This document shows, in pieces, positions 1 through 26,375 of a stretch of 64,000 nt of DNA. Position 1 is the stretch's first letter; each line of letters opens with the position of its first letter. The notes beneath the pieces are model-generated. The model was not told the DNA's origin, did not search any database, and was given only the letters and a program-made list of their open reading frames with translations. Both the position numbers and the translations under genes were made by a program. The DNA lies in the NCBI GenBank assembly GCA_002269645.1, contig NIVC01001887.1, positions 186,001 through 250,000 on the forward strand, in the 5' to 3' direction. Source of the stretch: Macrostomum lignano. Its lineage: Eukaryota.

Positions 1-3000
1 CTCTCCAGATCCCCTCTCTCATCTCTCCAGATCCCCTCTCTCATCTCCCCAGATCCCCTCTCTCATCACCCCAGATCCCCTCTCTCATCTCCCCAGATCC
101 CCTCTCTCATCACCCCAGATCCCCTCTCTCATCTCTCCAGATCCCCTCTCTCATCTCCCCAGATCCCCTCTCTCATCACCCCAGATCCCCTCTCTCATCT
201 CTCCAGATCCCCTCTCTCATCTCTCCAGATCCCCTCTCTCATCACCCCAGATCCCCTCTCTCATCTCCCCAGATCCCCTCTCTCATCACCCCAGACCCCC
301 TCTCTCATCTCCCAGATCCCCTCTCTCATCTCCCCAGATCCCCTCTCTCATCACCCCAGATCCCCTCTCTCATCTCTCCAGATCCCCTCTCTCATCTCCC
401 CAGATCCCCTCTCTCATCACCCCAGATCCCCTCTCTCATCTCCCCAGATCCCCTCTCTCATCTCTCCAGATCCCCTCTCTCATCTCCCCAGATCCCCTCT
501 CTCATCTCCCCAGATCCCCTCTCTTATCTCTCCAGATCCCCTCTCTCATCTCCCCAGATCCCCTCTCTCATCACCCCAGATCCCCTCTCTCATCTCCCCA
601 GATCCCCTCTCTCATCTCCCCAGATCCCCTCTCTTATCTCTCCAGATCCCCTCTCTCATCTCCCTAGATCCCCTCTCATCACCCCAGATCCCCTCTCTCA
701 TCACCCCAGATCCCCTCTCTCATCTCCCCAGATCCCCTCTCTCATCTCCCCAGATCCCTCTCTCATCACCCCAGACCCCCTCTAATCTCCCCAGACCCCC
801 TCTCTCATCACCCCAGACCCCCTCTAATCTCCCCAGATCCCCTCTCTCATCACCCCAGATCCCCTCTCTCATCTCCCCAGATCCCCTCTCTCATCACCCC
901 AGATCCCCTCTCTCATCTCCCCAGATCCCCTCTCTCATCACCTTAGATCCCCTCTCTCATCTCTCCAGATCCCCTCTCTCATCTCCCCAGATCCCCTCTC
1001 TCATCACCCCAGATCCCCTCTCTCATCTCCCCAGATCCCCTCTCTCATCTCCCCAGATCCCCTCTCTCATCTCTCCAGATCCCCTCTCTCATCTCCCCAG
1101 ATCCCTTCTCTCATCTCCCCAGATCCCCTCTCTTATCTCTCCAGATCCCCTCTCTCATCTCCCCAGATCCCCTCTCTCATCACCCCAGATCCCCTCTCTC
1201 ATCTCCCCAGACCCCCTCTCTCATCTCCCCAGATCCCCTCTCTTATCTCTCCAGATCCCCTCTCTCATCTCCCCAGATCCCCTCTCATCACCCCAGATCC
1301 CCTCTCTCATCACCCCAGATCCCCTCTCTCATCTCCCCAGATCCCCTCTCTCATCTCCCCAGATCCCTCTCTCATTACCCCAGACCCCCCTCTAATCTCC
1401 CCAGACCCCCTCTCTCATCTCCCCAGATCCCCTCTCTTATCTCTCCAGATCCCCTCTCTCATCTCCCCAGATCCCCACTCATCACCCCAGATCCCCTCTC
1501 TCATCACCCCAGATCCCCTCTCTCATCTCCCCAGATCCCCTCTCTCATCTCCCCAGATCCCTCTCTCATCACCCCAGACCCCCTCTAATCTCCCCAGACC
1601 CCCTCTCTCATCACCCCAGACCCCCTCTAATCTCCCCAGATCCCCTCTCTCATCACCCCAGATCCCCTCTCTCATCACCCCAGATCCCCTCTCTCATCTC
1701 CCCAGATCCCCTCTCTCATCTCCCCAGATCCCTCTCTCATCACCCCAGACCCCCCTCTAATCTCCCCAGACCCCCTCTCTCATCACCCCAGACCCCCCTC
1801 TAATCTCCCCAGATCCCCTCTCTCATCACCCCAGATCCCCTCTCTCATCTCCCCAGATCCCCTCTCTCATCACCCCAGATCCCCTCTCTCATCTCTCCAG
1901 ATCCCCTCTCTCATCTCCCCAGATCCCCTCTCTCATCTCCCCAGATCCCCTCTCTCATCTCCCCAGATCCCCTCTCTCATCTCCCCAGATCCCCTCTCTC
2001 ATCACCCCAGATCCCCTCTCTCATCTCTCCAGATCCCCTCTCTCATCTCCCCAGATCCCCTCTCTCATCACCCCAGATCCCCTCTCTCATCTCCCCAGAT
2101 CCCCTCTCTCATCTCCCCAGATCCCCTCTCTCATCTCTCCAGATCCCCTCTCTCATCTCCCCAGATCCCCTCTCTCATCACCCCAGATCCCCTCTCTCAT
2201 CTCCCCAGATCCCCTCTCTCATCTCTCCAGATCCCCTCTCTCATCTCTCCAGATCCCCTCTCTCATCTCCCCAGATCCCCTCTCTCATCACCCCAGATCC
2301 CCTCTCTCATCTCCCCAGATCCCCTCTCTCATCACCCCAGATCCCCTCTCTCATCTCTCCAGATCCCCTCTCTCATCTCCCCAGATCCCCTCTCTCATCA
2401 CCCCAGACTCCCTCTCTCATCTCTCCAGATCCCCTCTCTCATCTCTCCAGATCCCCTCTCTCATCACCCCAGATCCCCTCTCTCATCTCCCCAGATCCCC
2501 TCTCTCATCTCTCCAGATCCCCTCTCTCATCTCCCCAGATCCCCTCTCTCATCACCCCAGATCCCCTCTCTCATCTCCCCAGATCCCCTCTCTCATCTCT
2601 CCAGATCCCCTCTCTCATCTCTCCAGATCCCCTCTCTCATCTCCCCAGATCCCCTCTCTCATCACCCCAGATCCCCTCTCTCATCTCCCCAGATCCCCTC
2701 TCTCATCACCCCAGATCCCCTCTCTCATCTCTCCAGATCCCCTCTCTCATCTCCCCAGATCCCCTCTCTCATCACCCCAGACTCCCTCTCTCATCTCTCC
2801 AGATCCCCTCTCTCATCTCTCCAGATCCCCTCTCTCATCACCCCAGATCCCCTCTCTCATCTCCCCAGATCCCCTCTCTCATCTCCCCAGATCCCCTCTC
2901 TTATCTCTCCAGATCCCCTCTCTCATCTCCCCAGATCCCCTCTCATCACCCCAGATCCCCTCTCTCATCACCCCAGATCCCCTCTCTCATCTCCCCAGAT

Positions 3001-3228
3001 CCCCTCTCTCATCTCCCCAGATCCCTCTCTCATCACCCCAGACCCCCCTCTAATCTCCCCAGACCCCCTCTCTCATCACCCCAGACCCCCCTCTAATCTC
3101 CCCAGATCCCCTCTCTTACACCCCAGACCCCCCTCTAATCTCTCCAGACCCCCTCTCTCATCACCCCAGATCCCCTCTCTCATCTCCCCAGATCCCCTCT
3201 CTCATCTCCCCAGATCCCCCTCTAATCT
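1..3228. repeat. 22-bp C/T-rich tandem satellite (unit ~ATCTCCCCAGATCCCCTCTCTC), ~145 copies, open at the window's left edge
   Basis: Direct periodicity: unit 1 at 1-22, unit 2 at 23-44. Variants ctct/cccc/cacc and occasional GACCCCCCTCTAAT units. Confidence 0.97.
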
Positions 3229-3749
3229 CTGCAAGCTCATCGCACTCCTGCCACAGTTCGTCAAGCACGCGCCAGCCGAGTTGCCGGGACCGCACCCGGC
3301 CGACAACTGCCGATCAGAGCAGACTTGGCAGGCACTTCAGCCTGCTCCAGTCCTAAATGCCATTCCAGGCGAAACTGAAGTGCTGCTGATCAGCCGACAG
3401 CCGCGATGGCTGGGCCTGGCTGCTATTTTATCCCTGATCCGCTTATCGGATCCGCAGTCTGCGCATGCCCCCCCCGCCCCGGCTTAACCCGGCCGGCCCC
3501 GTTTCCTACCTGTTGGTCCTGCATTTGAGAAGGGATTTTTGCCCCAGCTCGGCTGAGTTACTGAGCCCCCCCCCGCCTGCGCCCCAGCATCGTGACATGG
3601 CGCGTGGGCGGCAGCGCTTGCGTGATGCGTCTTGCCTAAAAACTGTTTTTTTACTTTGCCGCTTCCACCAGTCAGTTACTTGTTCTGTGTTCTTTTGGAA
3701 GGCTTAATAGCACTTTTTGATTCTTCTGTGCGTTCGTGGTTTCCAATTC

Positions 3750-3895
3750 TCTACTCCTCGCTACGTCTACTCTACTCTATTTTCTACTCTATTCTACTTT
3801 ACTCTACTCTACTCTACTCTACTCTAATCTAATCTACAATCTAATCTACAATCTACTCTGTTTTACTCTACTCTATTCTATTGTACTCTACTCTC
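3750..3895. repeat. Degenerate (CTCTA/CTACT)n pentanucleotide microsatellite
   Basis: ctactctactctactctact... seen directly. Confidence 0.8.
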
Positions 3896-4714
3896 ACCCA
3901 GAATTCGCATTATAAGTTGACCTTTTTTGTCCTGTTTCCGAGCTGGGTCAGATCTCCAAGTACGTCAGAAGGCCAATTTCGGTCGGTTTTATTGTCGATG
4001 CTATTTCTAGTTTCTATTTTTAAAAGGTTTCCACCCTACTTCTGCTGCGATAGCAGGCAGGCCAGGCCACACACCTGGCTCGCATTGCTGGGGCTGTTCA
4101 AGCCTGGGCGCCATTGTCTATTCATCTCTCTTTACATTTGCAACAAAAAATTCTTAATGCATTCGAGGTTAAAAGCTGCTGATAAAAGGTGGTCCGAAAC
4201 GAGAGACCTCATGTGAACAATTTAATTGCTCTAGCAATGTGATTTCAAAGCCAAACTGTGCGAAATACTGTATAGTATTGGGACTGCAGCTCTCAGTTTA
4301 AACATAGTGTATGTTTATGCTTAGCTTCAAGTTGTACTACTAACAGTAGGCTGTAACAAAAAATTGCTGAGCTGTTGCACGTTATGCATAAATAAATAAA
4401 AAGAATAAAAAATCAAGAGCAGGAAAAATTTACGGCTCGTAATCCCTATCAACCATTTAATCGAAGCTTCTGGTTATTTTTTAATTTCGAAGAACAATCC
4501 ACGCAAATTCGGGTGCTTCCACACCGGAAGCAAAATTATTCTCATGGAGTCTCTTGAAGCAAAATTTTTACTACAAGCGTGAAGTTTAGCAAAGCGGTTT
4601 ACTGATTGCTGCAACAGACAACTGAAACTGAAATTTGCGAAGAATGAAATAGGAAAATATGGGTGTCTTTCAACTGTGGGATATTCGGCAGCCTGCAATC
4701 GCATTGAAAAAATG

Positions 4715-4849
4715 CCCAACAACAGTCAAAAGTTCCAACTACCAAGCAAAGATAATTTTATTTACCTTTTTTGTGCATTACTTTTTAAATGCAGTTTTCT
4801 CTCTAAGTAAGCGTGATTTGTACAGGTGGAACTTTTGACTGTTGCTGAG
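4715..4849. mobile_element. ~135-bp mini-derivative (MITE) of the Tc1-like element at 6615-7225
   Basis: CAACAGTCAAAAGTTCCA (4720-4737) and its inverse TGGAACTTTTGACTGTTGCTGAG (4827-4849) match the TIRs of the 6615-7225 element. The left end is degenerate. Confidence 0.7.
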
Positions 4850-4951
4850 TTTACAAAAAATCAGAGTGCACAGCTAAATGAACAATTTTTTGAAAAACTT
4901 GCATTGCAAATTCATGCAGACCAGAGTCTCAGTGGCTAATGCACATGGAAG

Positions 4952-6121
4952 GGGAGCACCCCAACTGCCAGCCGACAATTGCCAGCCGAGAAAACTGCCA
5001 GCCGACAGTTGCCAGTCGACAACTGCCAGCCGACAATTGCCAGCCGACAATTGCCAGCCGAGAAAACTGCCAGCCGACAGTTGCCAGTCGACAACTGCCA
5101 GCCGACAATTGCCAGCCGAGAACTGCCAGCCGAGAAAACTGCCAGCCGACAGTTGCCATTCGACAACTGCCAGCCGACAACTGCCAGCCGACAACTGCCA
5201 GCCGACAATTGCCAGCCGAGAAAACTGCCAGCCGACAGTTGCCAGTCGACAACTGCCAGCCGACAACTGCCAGCCGACAATTGCCAGCCGAGAAAACTGC
5301 CAGCTGGAAAACTGCCAGCCGACAACTGCCAGCCGACAATTGCCAGCCAAGAAAACTGCCAGCCGGAAAACTGCCAGCCGAAAACTGCCAGCCGACAAGC
5401 TCTACCTAATTGAATCTACTGTAGCCTACTTATTAGCTAAGTAAAAAGCACGAAACTGTTTGGCTAGCAAAAGGCTTGTGGGGTAGCATTAAATGTCGCC
5501 CTTCCCTTCCCTATTTTTTTTCAGATTTCCATTAGAAGTATATATGTGAAGGAGAAGGCATTCTGTAATGCCTATTGTAAATATTTTTGTATTGAAAGTT
5601 CATTTACTTTATTATTTAATTTGCGATTGCGATTGCTATATGACGCAATCCTAGAAAAGTCTATTAAATTACTTTACTTAAATAAAGCTTTCAAAGAAAG
5701 AGCAAAGGCTACCTAAAATACAAAATTTGAACCAAGATGTTCGTGCAGGAGCCGAAAGTTGCCAGCTCTGATTCGCGCACATGCCGCACTAAGCTTACAA
5801 ACTTTTGTTGGCGATAAAACAAAACAACTTGTAGCTAGGCTAACTGATTTCTGTAACAATGCAATGGCAACCTGTTTTTGCTGAATAATTAACTAATTTA
5901 ATAAATAGTAAACAAAGCTGTCTACTTTCTAGCTAGATCCTGAATGCCATATTGCGGAAGGTGTAGTATACGCCGGAAAATTCCGGCGTACAAACGCTTT
6001 GTCTGGCGTACATCTAGCGTTTTTCTCGCTGGCAATTTTCTCGGCTGGCAATTGTCGACTGGCAATTGTCGGCTGGCAGTTTTCCGGCTGGCAGTTGTCG
6101 GCTGGCAGTTGGGGTGGACCC
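4952..6121. mobile_element. Non-autonomous TIR DNA transposon with 8-bp TSD and subterminal 14-bp tandem repeats (superfamily uncertain: Merlin/hAT/P-like by TSD length)
   Basis: Ends GGGAGCACCCCAACTGCC (4952) and GGCAGTTGGGGTGGACCC (6121) are inverted copies. CATGGAAG flanks both sides (4944-4951, 6122-6129). CTGCCAGCCGACAA arrays at ~4963-5398 (+) and ~6025-6110 (-). AT-rich core with no credible ORF. Confidence 0.8.
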
Positions 6122-6129
6122 CATGGAAG

Positions 6130-6568
6130 TGGGGCGGGGGTATAGAGAGCCCAATCATAAAATCGATAGTCCTGACCACCACACGCACAGGCGATAAATT
6201 GGGGCGGAGCTATAGAGAGGCCAACCATAAAATCGATAGTCCCGGCCATCCCACCCGCACAGGCGATAAACTGGGGCGGAGGTATAGTATAGAGAGGCCC
6301 ATCACAAAATCGATAGTCCCGGCCATCCCACACGGACAGGCGATAATGTGGGGCGGAGGTATAGAGAGGCCCATCACAAAATCGATAGTCCCGACCACCC
6401 CACACGCACAGGCGATAAAGTGGGGTGGAGGTATAGAGAGGCCCATCACAAAATCGATAGTCCCGGCCATCCCACACGGACAGGCGATAAAGTGGGGCGG
6501 AGCTATAGAGAGGCCAACCATAAAATCGATAGTCCCGACCATCTCACCCGCACAGGCGATAAACTGGA
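6130..6568. repeat. ~71-bp minisatellite, ~6 copies
   Basis: Recurring GGGGCGGAG.TATAGAGAGGCC..C.ATAAAATCGATAGTCCCG...CACAGGCGATAAA at ~6130, 6200, 6272, 6349, 6420, 6492. Confidence 0.9.
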
Positions 6569-6614
6569 GCTGGTGGAGACATAAGTTGGGGCTGCAGATG
6601 TCAAAAAAAGTATA

Positions 6615-7225
6615 CTCAGCAACATTCAAAAGTTCCATCCTCCAAATTGCGAAAACTTCACACTCACAATTCAACCCTCAGGTTACGCAACTATAAAGCC
6701 GCCGCGAGGAAAGGAAAGTTGATTGAATATCAATACTCGTAGTAAACGTCAGTCGCAAAATCTTAAATTTTTTATGCAATATTCAGTTAGAATCGCGATG
6801 TGTGTAGGATCCCCTCGCACGCAGAAGTGCGGCGACTCTGCGGGGCATCCCAAGGATGAGGCGGCGCAGAAAGTCCTGGGGAAGCTGCTCCGAAGCGTTT
6901 TCAATGGCATGACGCAGAGCTCTCCGCAAAATGCATGGTGGATTGTATTTTCGAATGTTGCGTTTTAGGAAGTCCCCAGACATGCTCGATGGGATTCATG
7001 TCTGGGGACCGGGAAGGCCAGCGCAGAGTGCGCAGCTGTAGCTGTTCTTTCGGTTGACTGACAGCATCGGCTTGGTGTGGCGGCGCGTTGTCCTCCTGGA
7101 CCATTAAGCAGACCCAAGCCACCCCCAAGTGGCAATAAGCTTTGCGCGTGCCGTATGTTGCGTCACTCGCAATAAGTGAAAAAATCATCTCGCTTAGTGG
7201 GGTGGAACTTTTGACTGTTGCTGAG
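6615..7225 (-). mobile_element. Internally deleted Tc1-family (DD34E) transposon retaining only the transposase C-terminus
   Basis: TA-flanked TIRs CTCAGCAACA(T/G)TCAAAAGTTCCA at 6615 and 7225. Minus strand reads QEDNAPPH...WPSRSPDMNPIEHVW (34 residues between D and E), then frameshifted LILGMPRRVAALLRARG. Confidence 0.88.
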
Positions 7226-7342
7226 TATTCATATATGCTCGTAGAAAAAAATGACTTCTTTCTAAGGGAAAGCTGCTAGTAAGACTAAGACCCTTTACCT
7301 ATATATTCTGAATGTAACTACAGCAATAACAGCATATATAAC

Positions 7343-7824
7343 TAGGGATTGCAATCCCGGGATCCCGGGACCCCAAATCCCGAGACTAATTTTTGTTAAT
7401 GTTTTTACAAAAAGTGCTGTAATATTAAACATAATTAGGCCCACAACTAGTTTATTATACTGCGCTAATTTCCGTTAATTGCCTCACGTCGTGTGGCACC
7501 TTTTTAAACCCCGCATCACAGATTTAAATGTGAAATGAATTCCAATTTAAATTTTGATATGATTTGCTTCTTTACTACTAATTAGTACATTTATACTACT
7601 TACTTTAATAGGTCACAAGATAATGCTGTTTATCATCTACAAATAGATCATTATCTCTATAAAAATATAAAAAGTAAGCAAAAAAGCGTTTAGCGCATAT
7701 TTTGCCTTAAAATTTCAACCTAGAAGCATAAAAATCTGTATTATTCTGATCCCGGGATTCAATCCCGGGATTGGCCAAAATCGGGATCCCGGGATCACAA
7801 AAATCCGGGATTTTGCAATCCCTA
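7343..7824. mobile_element. hAT-type MITE (482 bp) with perfect 8-bp TSD
   Basis: TIR TAGGGATTGCAA (7343) / TTGCAATCCCTA (7824). TATATAAC on both sides (7335-7342, 7825-7832). Subterminal ATCCCGGGAT palindromes and an AT-rich core. Confidence 0.92.
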
Positions 7825-7993
7825 TATATAACGTTTGCTGGAAGCGAAAGCCTTACATTTACAAGTGGTTGCTTCTAAAGTGAAAAAGCAGCGATATTAC
7901 AAATTAACTTCGAATTTTCGAAATCTAAGAATGAAACAACTCAAGCTGAGTAGCAGCGCCTCATGCACAAGTGGCTTCGTTTTAACAAGAAAA

Positions 7994-21454
<13,461 letters not shown>

Positions 21455-24400
21455 CCCAGCGTCCCAGGATCCGAAAGCGATCGGTAAGAAGGAAAAAATA
21501 ATTAAAAAATGAAATTTGGAACTGTATCACAGGATTCCAGGCCGGGCGTGTTTGCTTAGTGAAAGCGCGGATTCAGCGCAGGCTAAGGTTTAAGACAGAT
21601 GCGCGCCTCCTTCAGCCAGCCTGGCGCCCCATGCGGCTCGCCATTGGTCCGGCCAGCTTCGCCAGCAATTGGGCAGCGCCAAACTTTCAAGCCTCCCCGC
21701 TTTCCCCAGGCAGTGGGGCGCAGCGCCTTTAAATGTGTCATTTTCTGCATCGCGTGACAAACTGACACGAACAGCCGTGGCAGCAGTGCGTTTGGAATTT
21801 TTTTAGCTTTGAAATTTAGCCTCCGGGCTCTGACTGCCTGCTTCGTTGAGAGGTCTCAGAGATGCTTTTCTGGGCTGGCTGCACTCATGTGGGACTGTCT
21901 CATTTGCATTCGTTTCTTGTAAGTTGATACCCTCTCAGTTTCCGCTGTGACTTTCTGCTAAGGTGCAGCAATGCGCTCGGTAACTCTACACCTGGAGCCA
22001 GTCTCTCCATCTCCCACGTTCCTCCGGTCACTCCACTTCACTTCACTCTCGAGCAGCAAGTTGGCCCCAGCTCGCACCCTCTCCACGGCTTGCGGCTCCA
22101 CTTCGGCGCTCGGCAACAAACAGCACCGATCGGAGCTCTCAGCCTCATTTTGTCCTCTTAATTGACACTTGCTTTCTCGGTAAAGCAAAAAACAATTGTA
22201 TAGAGTTGTGGAGAAATTCCCTTATGAATTCCGATTGGGCCGTAGTGCGGAGCACAGGCGTCTTATAAGCACTCTTGTGTGAGAAGAATTGGGATATTTG
22301 TGTGACTCATGCAAGCAAATTGCTCTCATTGATTGTCTCGTAAACAACTCGAAAATTTGCTGTTATTGCCCTGATGCTTTTCTGAAGATTTTTATGCATA
22401 TTTTCGCTTTCTAAAAGCTATCGTATGTCTCTGCATGGAGCTTCATATTATTACTGTCTGAAAAAAGAAAATGTGTTTAAATTAAGCTCTTGTACTCGTA
22501 ATTTCATAGTCTCAGCTGCTTTGAAGAGAGACCGGAGTTACTGTCGCAGTACTCAGTGAAACGATAAATTAATGCTTTTAGAGCTGCGCCTGGCTCCAAT
22601 TCGAGAGATTTCGATGGTTCCTCTAAGTCACAAAGGATCGGCCTCGACTCGAAATTGTCCGAAAATTAGAGTTATGCGTTGCTCATTCTAAAAGTTATAG
22701 GATAATTGTAACGTGAGACCACACACACAGTCCCCCCACGCCGATTCGTGCACATCCTTTTTAACCAAGAAGTTAGAGATTCGAACTGGTCTAAAATGGG
22801 TCCGGTAAACTGGATGATAATATGCAGAGTCGAGTTTATTTCTTACTATCAGTATGAAAAAGCATCATTGATGGTATAGTGGTAGTGCAGCTTTGCGCCG
22901 CAGGGTCAATTGTGACTATTTTCCTGTGAGAAATTTCTCAACCGCAGATGCAAAGAGGGCCTAAAGACTACTACCGGAGTGTAACTCATTCTAATAGCGG
23001 TCCTTTGACTGGGCTATATAGTTTTACGAGAAAAATAGGGAGGTGCATAAATTTTACTACCGGAACTAACCAGTAAATGCACCAGGAAATAAAAAGTTGG
23101 TCGAATTTCTACTTGAAAGTGGACCAAAAATTCACATTTTAATCATCCAATTTCCATTTCCATGTTCTATTTCCATTAATCTAAGAGGTTCCAGCTAGGT
23201 AAGGGATCGGGAGTCAGCCGACCCTAGAAATATTCTTGATTTGCGCCTGCAAGATTTTGAGGAAATTATATAGAATTTGTAAAGACCCAGGAATAATTAC
23301 AAACATACATATCTTAATATTTGGTCAGCTACATGAAAACTGGATTATAATCAAGGACCACTAGGAACACTTCGTTTTATCGTTACACTTCAAGTCTAGT
23401 AGTCCTTGATTATAATGCACCTAAGACGAAAAAAGTTGCTACAATATAAAAGTTGTCGAGACTTCCGGACTGTTTAGTGTAGACACTGCATATAAACAAA
23501 TACAAATACAATAAATATGTTTTGTGCAAGCAGCTGGCCTAAAAGCTAATCCCATTAATAATTTTAACACGTATTAAGACTGAAAAGCTTGAAAAAAGAC
23601 AAATCAAGAAAAGAATATAATAACATTTTTATTTATAGAGAAAATTCAATTATGTTGTATTATATATTAAATATCGTGGGGTTTTCCGAGGGATAGAGTA
23701 TTTCACGTGTCGTCGTGACATTAGTAGTTAAGGTGGCTATATACTCCTAATCTATGTACTATTTCCTTGCAACTTTAAAACATCATGTATTTAGTTTCAT
23801 GCACATACAAAGACAGAAAAGTATATATTTTACCTATTGCAAGATGGGGTTTACTTAATTCTTCAGCAATAATAAAATTTTTAAACTTATTTCAGTATGA
23901 AACAAAATAACACTAATTTTTCAAGAATATAAGAAACCATCTTATTTTACAGTGTCGCAAAATCCTTGTCATAATAAAATGCACAATAAAGTTTTAATTT
24001 TAACAATTACATTTAACATTAATTATGCCATTTTAAATATGCTATTTTAAATTCAGCTTATTAAATAAACTTAAAAATTACAACACTCGAATTAAATTGT
24101 ACCCTGATTACTATTTAGAAATTAGGCTAAAATGACCATTTGATTTACTGTCCTAAATGATCATAATTATGTACACATCTTATTTTTAAGTATGTAAGTA
24201 ATTCATAATTGTTGTAATGTTGTTGAATAAAACTTTGGTATTCACTTTAATAAAAGTGTGTTAAAGATGCATTCTTTTCAAGGTGAAAATGATTAAAAAA
24301 ATTTCTAGATAATTTTCTATAGATGCTAGATTATCTTAAAAGTAATTTAGATATATGGTTTTAAGCTTAAATTCTTAAGGTAAGTTTTTAAAGGAGCAAT

Positions 24401-24920
24401 TACCAATAATTGATATCATTCAACTTTCAGAATTATCTGGTTCAGATACTGATAATATTTATTGAAAATGTTAATAAAATATACAGAATATATATTTTTA
24501 ATTCTCTTAGCCAATAGCTATCTATATATATATATATATATATATTACTAATGGTAATACAAATAGCCATGAATGATTCTAAAGGTTGTTTCTATATATA
24601 TAGTTATGATACAACTCTGAATTAGCTTTATGAAATATTTTATATTAATCTTGTTAATATATCTAATTAATTTCTGATTACATTAGAATATTTTAGATTG
24701 AACTATAAAAAATCAATTTAATACCAATAGGAAAAATTAAATACATTATAATAAATATTATGCATGGTTTTTAAACAGTAAATTTACTCTTTAGAACTTA
24801 ATATAAAATTGCTAGATATCTACTAAAGATTCATATTCATTTTAGATTCAAATCTATATAAATTGCTAGTTTTAATTGTTAATATATAATATATTTTCCC
24901 TGAGCTCAGAAACAAAAATC

Positions 24921-26375
24921 ATGAGCACAGAGACATCAGGTGATGCAGCTCTGGCTGCTCAGCTGGCCCAAATGGAGATGGGAGGAACAGCAGTGGCTGG
25001 GCAGGGATCTCAACAGCAGCCACCACCAGCTCAGCAGCAGCAGCAGCAGCCACAACCAGCTCAGCAGCAGCAGTGGCAGCCACCACCAGCTCAGCAGCAG
25101 CAGCAGCAGCCACAACCAGCTCAGCAGCAGCAGTGGCAGCCACCACCAGCTCAGCAGCAGCAGCAGCAGCCACCACCAGCTCAGCAGCAGCAGCAGCAGC
25201 CACCACCAGCTCAGCAGCAGCAGCAGCCACAACCAGCTCAGCAGCAGCAGTGGCAGCCACCACCAGCTCAGCAGCAGCAGCAGCAGCCACCACCAGCTCA
25301 GCAGCAGCAGCGGCAGCCACCACCAGCTCAGCAGCAGCAGCAGCCACCACCAGCTCAGCAGCAGCAGCAGCCACCACCAGCTCAGCAGCAGCAGCAGCAG
25401 CACACTGGTCTAGCGCCAGAACATCTAACAAAGCTACGCGCTGATGTTAATGTTGTTCAAAAGAATGCCACGGTGAGTCATAAACTTGTTCTGTTTTTAT
25501 TAGTCAGTCAGGCGTTTCGCAGCCAGCGAGGAGGCAAACGGTTTTGCTCATTCCTCTGACCCCTGACCGCTCATACAATGTGTACAGCGGCCCTGACATT
25601 GTCGTGCTGTCATGGGCGGGAGTCGCATGCCGCCAGTTTTCTTGCACGAGTCGGCTGCTCCCCTTTCTGTGTTTTATTGCCTTCATTTTTCCTCATCGCC
25701 GCCCAGGTGTTTGCCGAGATGCTGGCCGAGCAGGAGGATCCGGCGGTCACGCCGGAGGCTGACGCGCAGCTGCTGCGAGAACTGGCCGGCACCAACCAGC
25801 AGATGCAAGCCCGCATGCTGGAGCTCATCGGCTACCTGGGCGCCGTCATTGGCGGCCCTAGCGGCGGCGGCAGCGGCGGCAGCGACAGCCCCGGCCAGCT
25901 GCTAGAGGACCTGCTGCGGCTCAATGACCAGCTGAACGACTCGCTGCGCCGCTTCGATCGGCTCCAGCGGGCCTGGCAGGACCTGGCCAGCGGCGGCTTC
26001 TTCAACCCCATGTTCGACTTGGCCGAGACCGCCGCGCCGCCGGCGTCTCAGCTTCCGCCCCCAACGCATCCGCCCCCGGCGAGTCGACCACAGGCTTCCA
26101 ATCCGCCGCCAGATTTTCAATCGCGGCCCGCTGACGCCTACGCGGCTGCCGCCGCCGCCACCGCTGCCCCTGCTGCCGCCCCTGCTGCCGCCACTGCTGC
26201 CCCTGCTGCCGCCACTGCTGCCCCTGCTGCCGCCACGGCCCAGGCTGGCAATCCGGGCGGCCTACCGGACTCGGAGAAGGAGCTGGCCGAGATGGAGACC
26301 TGGATGGGGCAGGGCGGCGGCGGCCTGTTCCCTGCTGGCGGCAGCTCGGACTCGCCCGCTGTCAGCGGCAAATAG
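24921..26375 (+). CDS. TOM1/GGA-type GAT-domain protein with an N-terminal (PPPAQ5-6)n repeat; no VHS domain seen
   Basis: Exons 24921-25472 (ACG|GTGAGT) and 25707-26375 (cccAG|GTG). Spliced: LTKLRADVNVVQKNATVFAEML..LLRELAGTNQQMQARMLELI..LLEDLLRLNDQLNDSLRRFDR, which follows the TOM1 GAT-domain pattern. Confidence 0.8.

Noticed and set aside
3230-3520. Possible 5' exons of a minus-strand gene continuing off the left edge
   Set aside because: GC-rich with donor-like sites (~3510, ~3247), but every frame has stops and no recognisable protein motif.
22863-22915. tRNA-like 5' fragment (TGGTATAGTGGT)
   Set aside because: No B box or cloverleaf follows.
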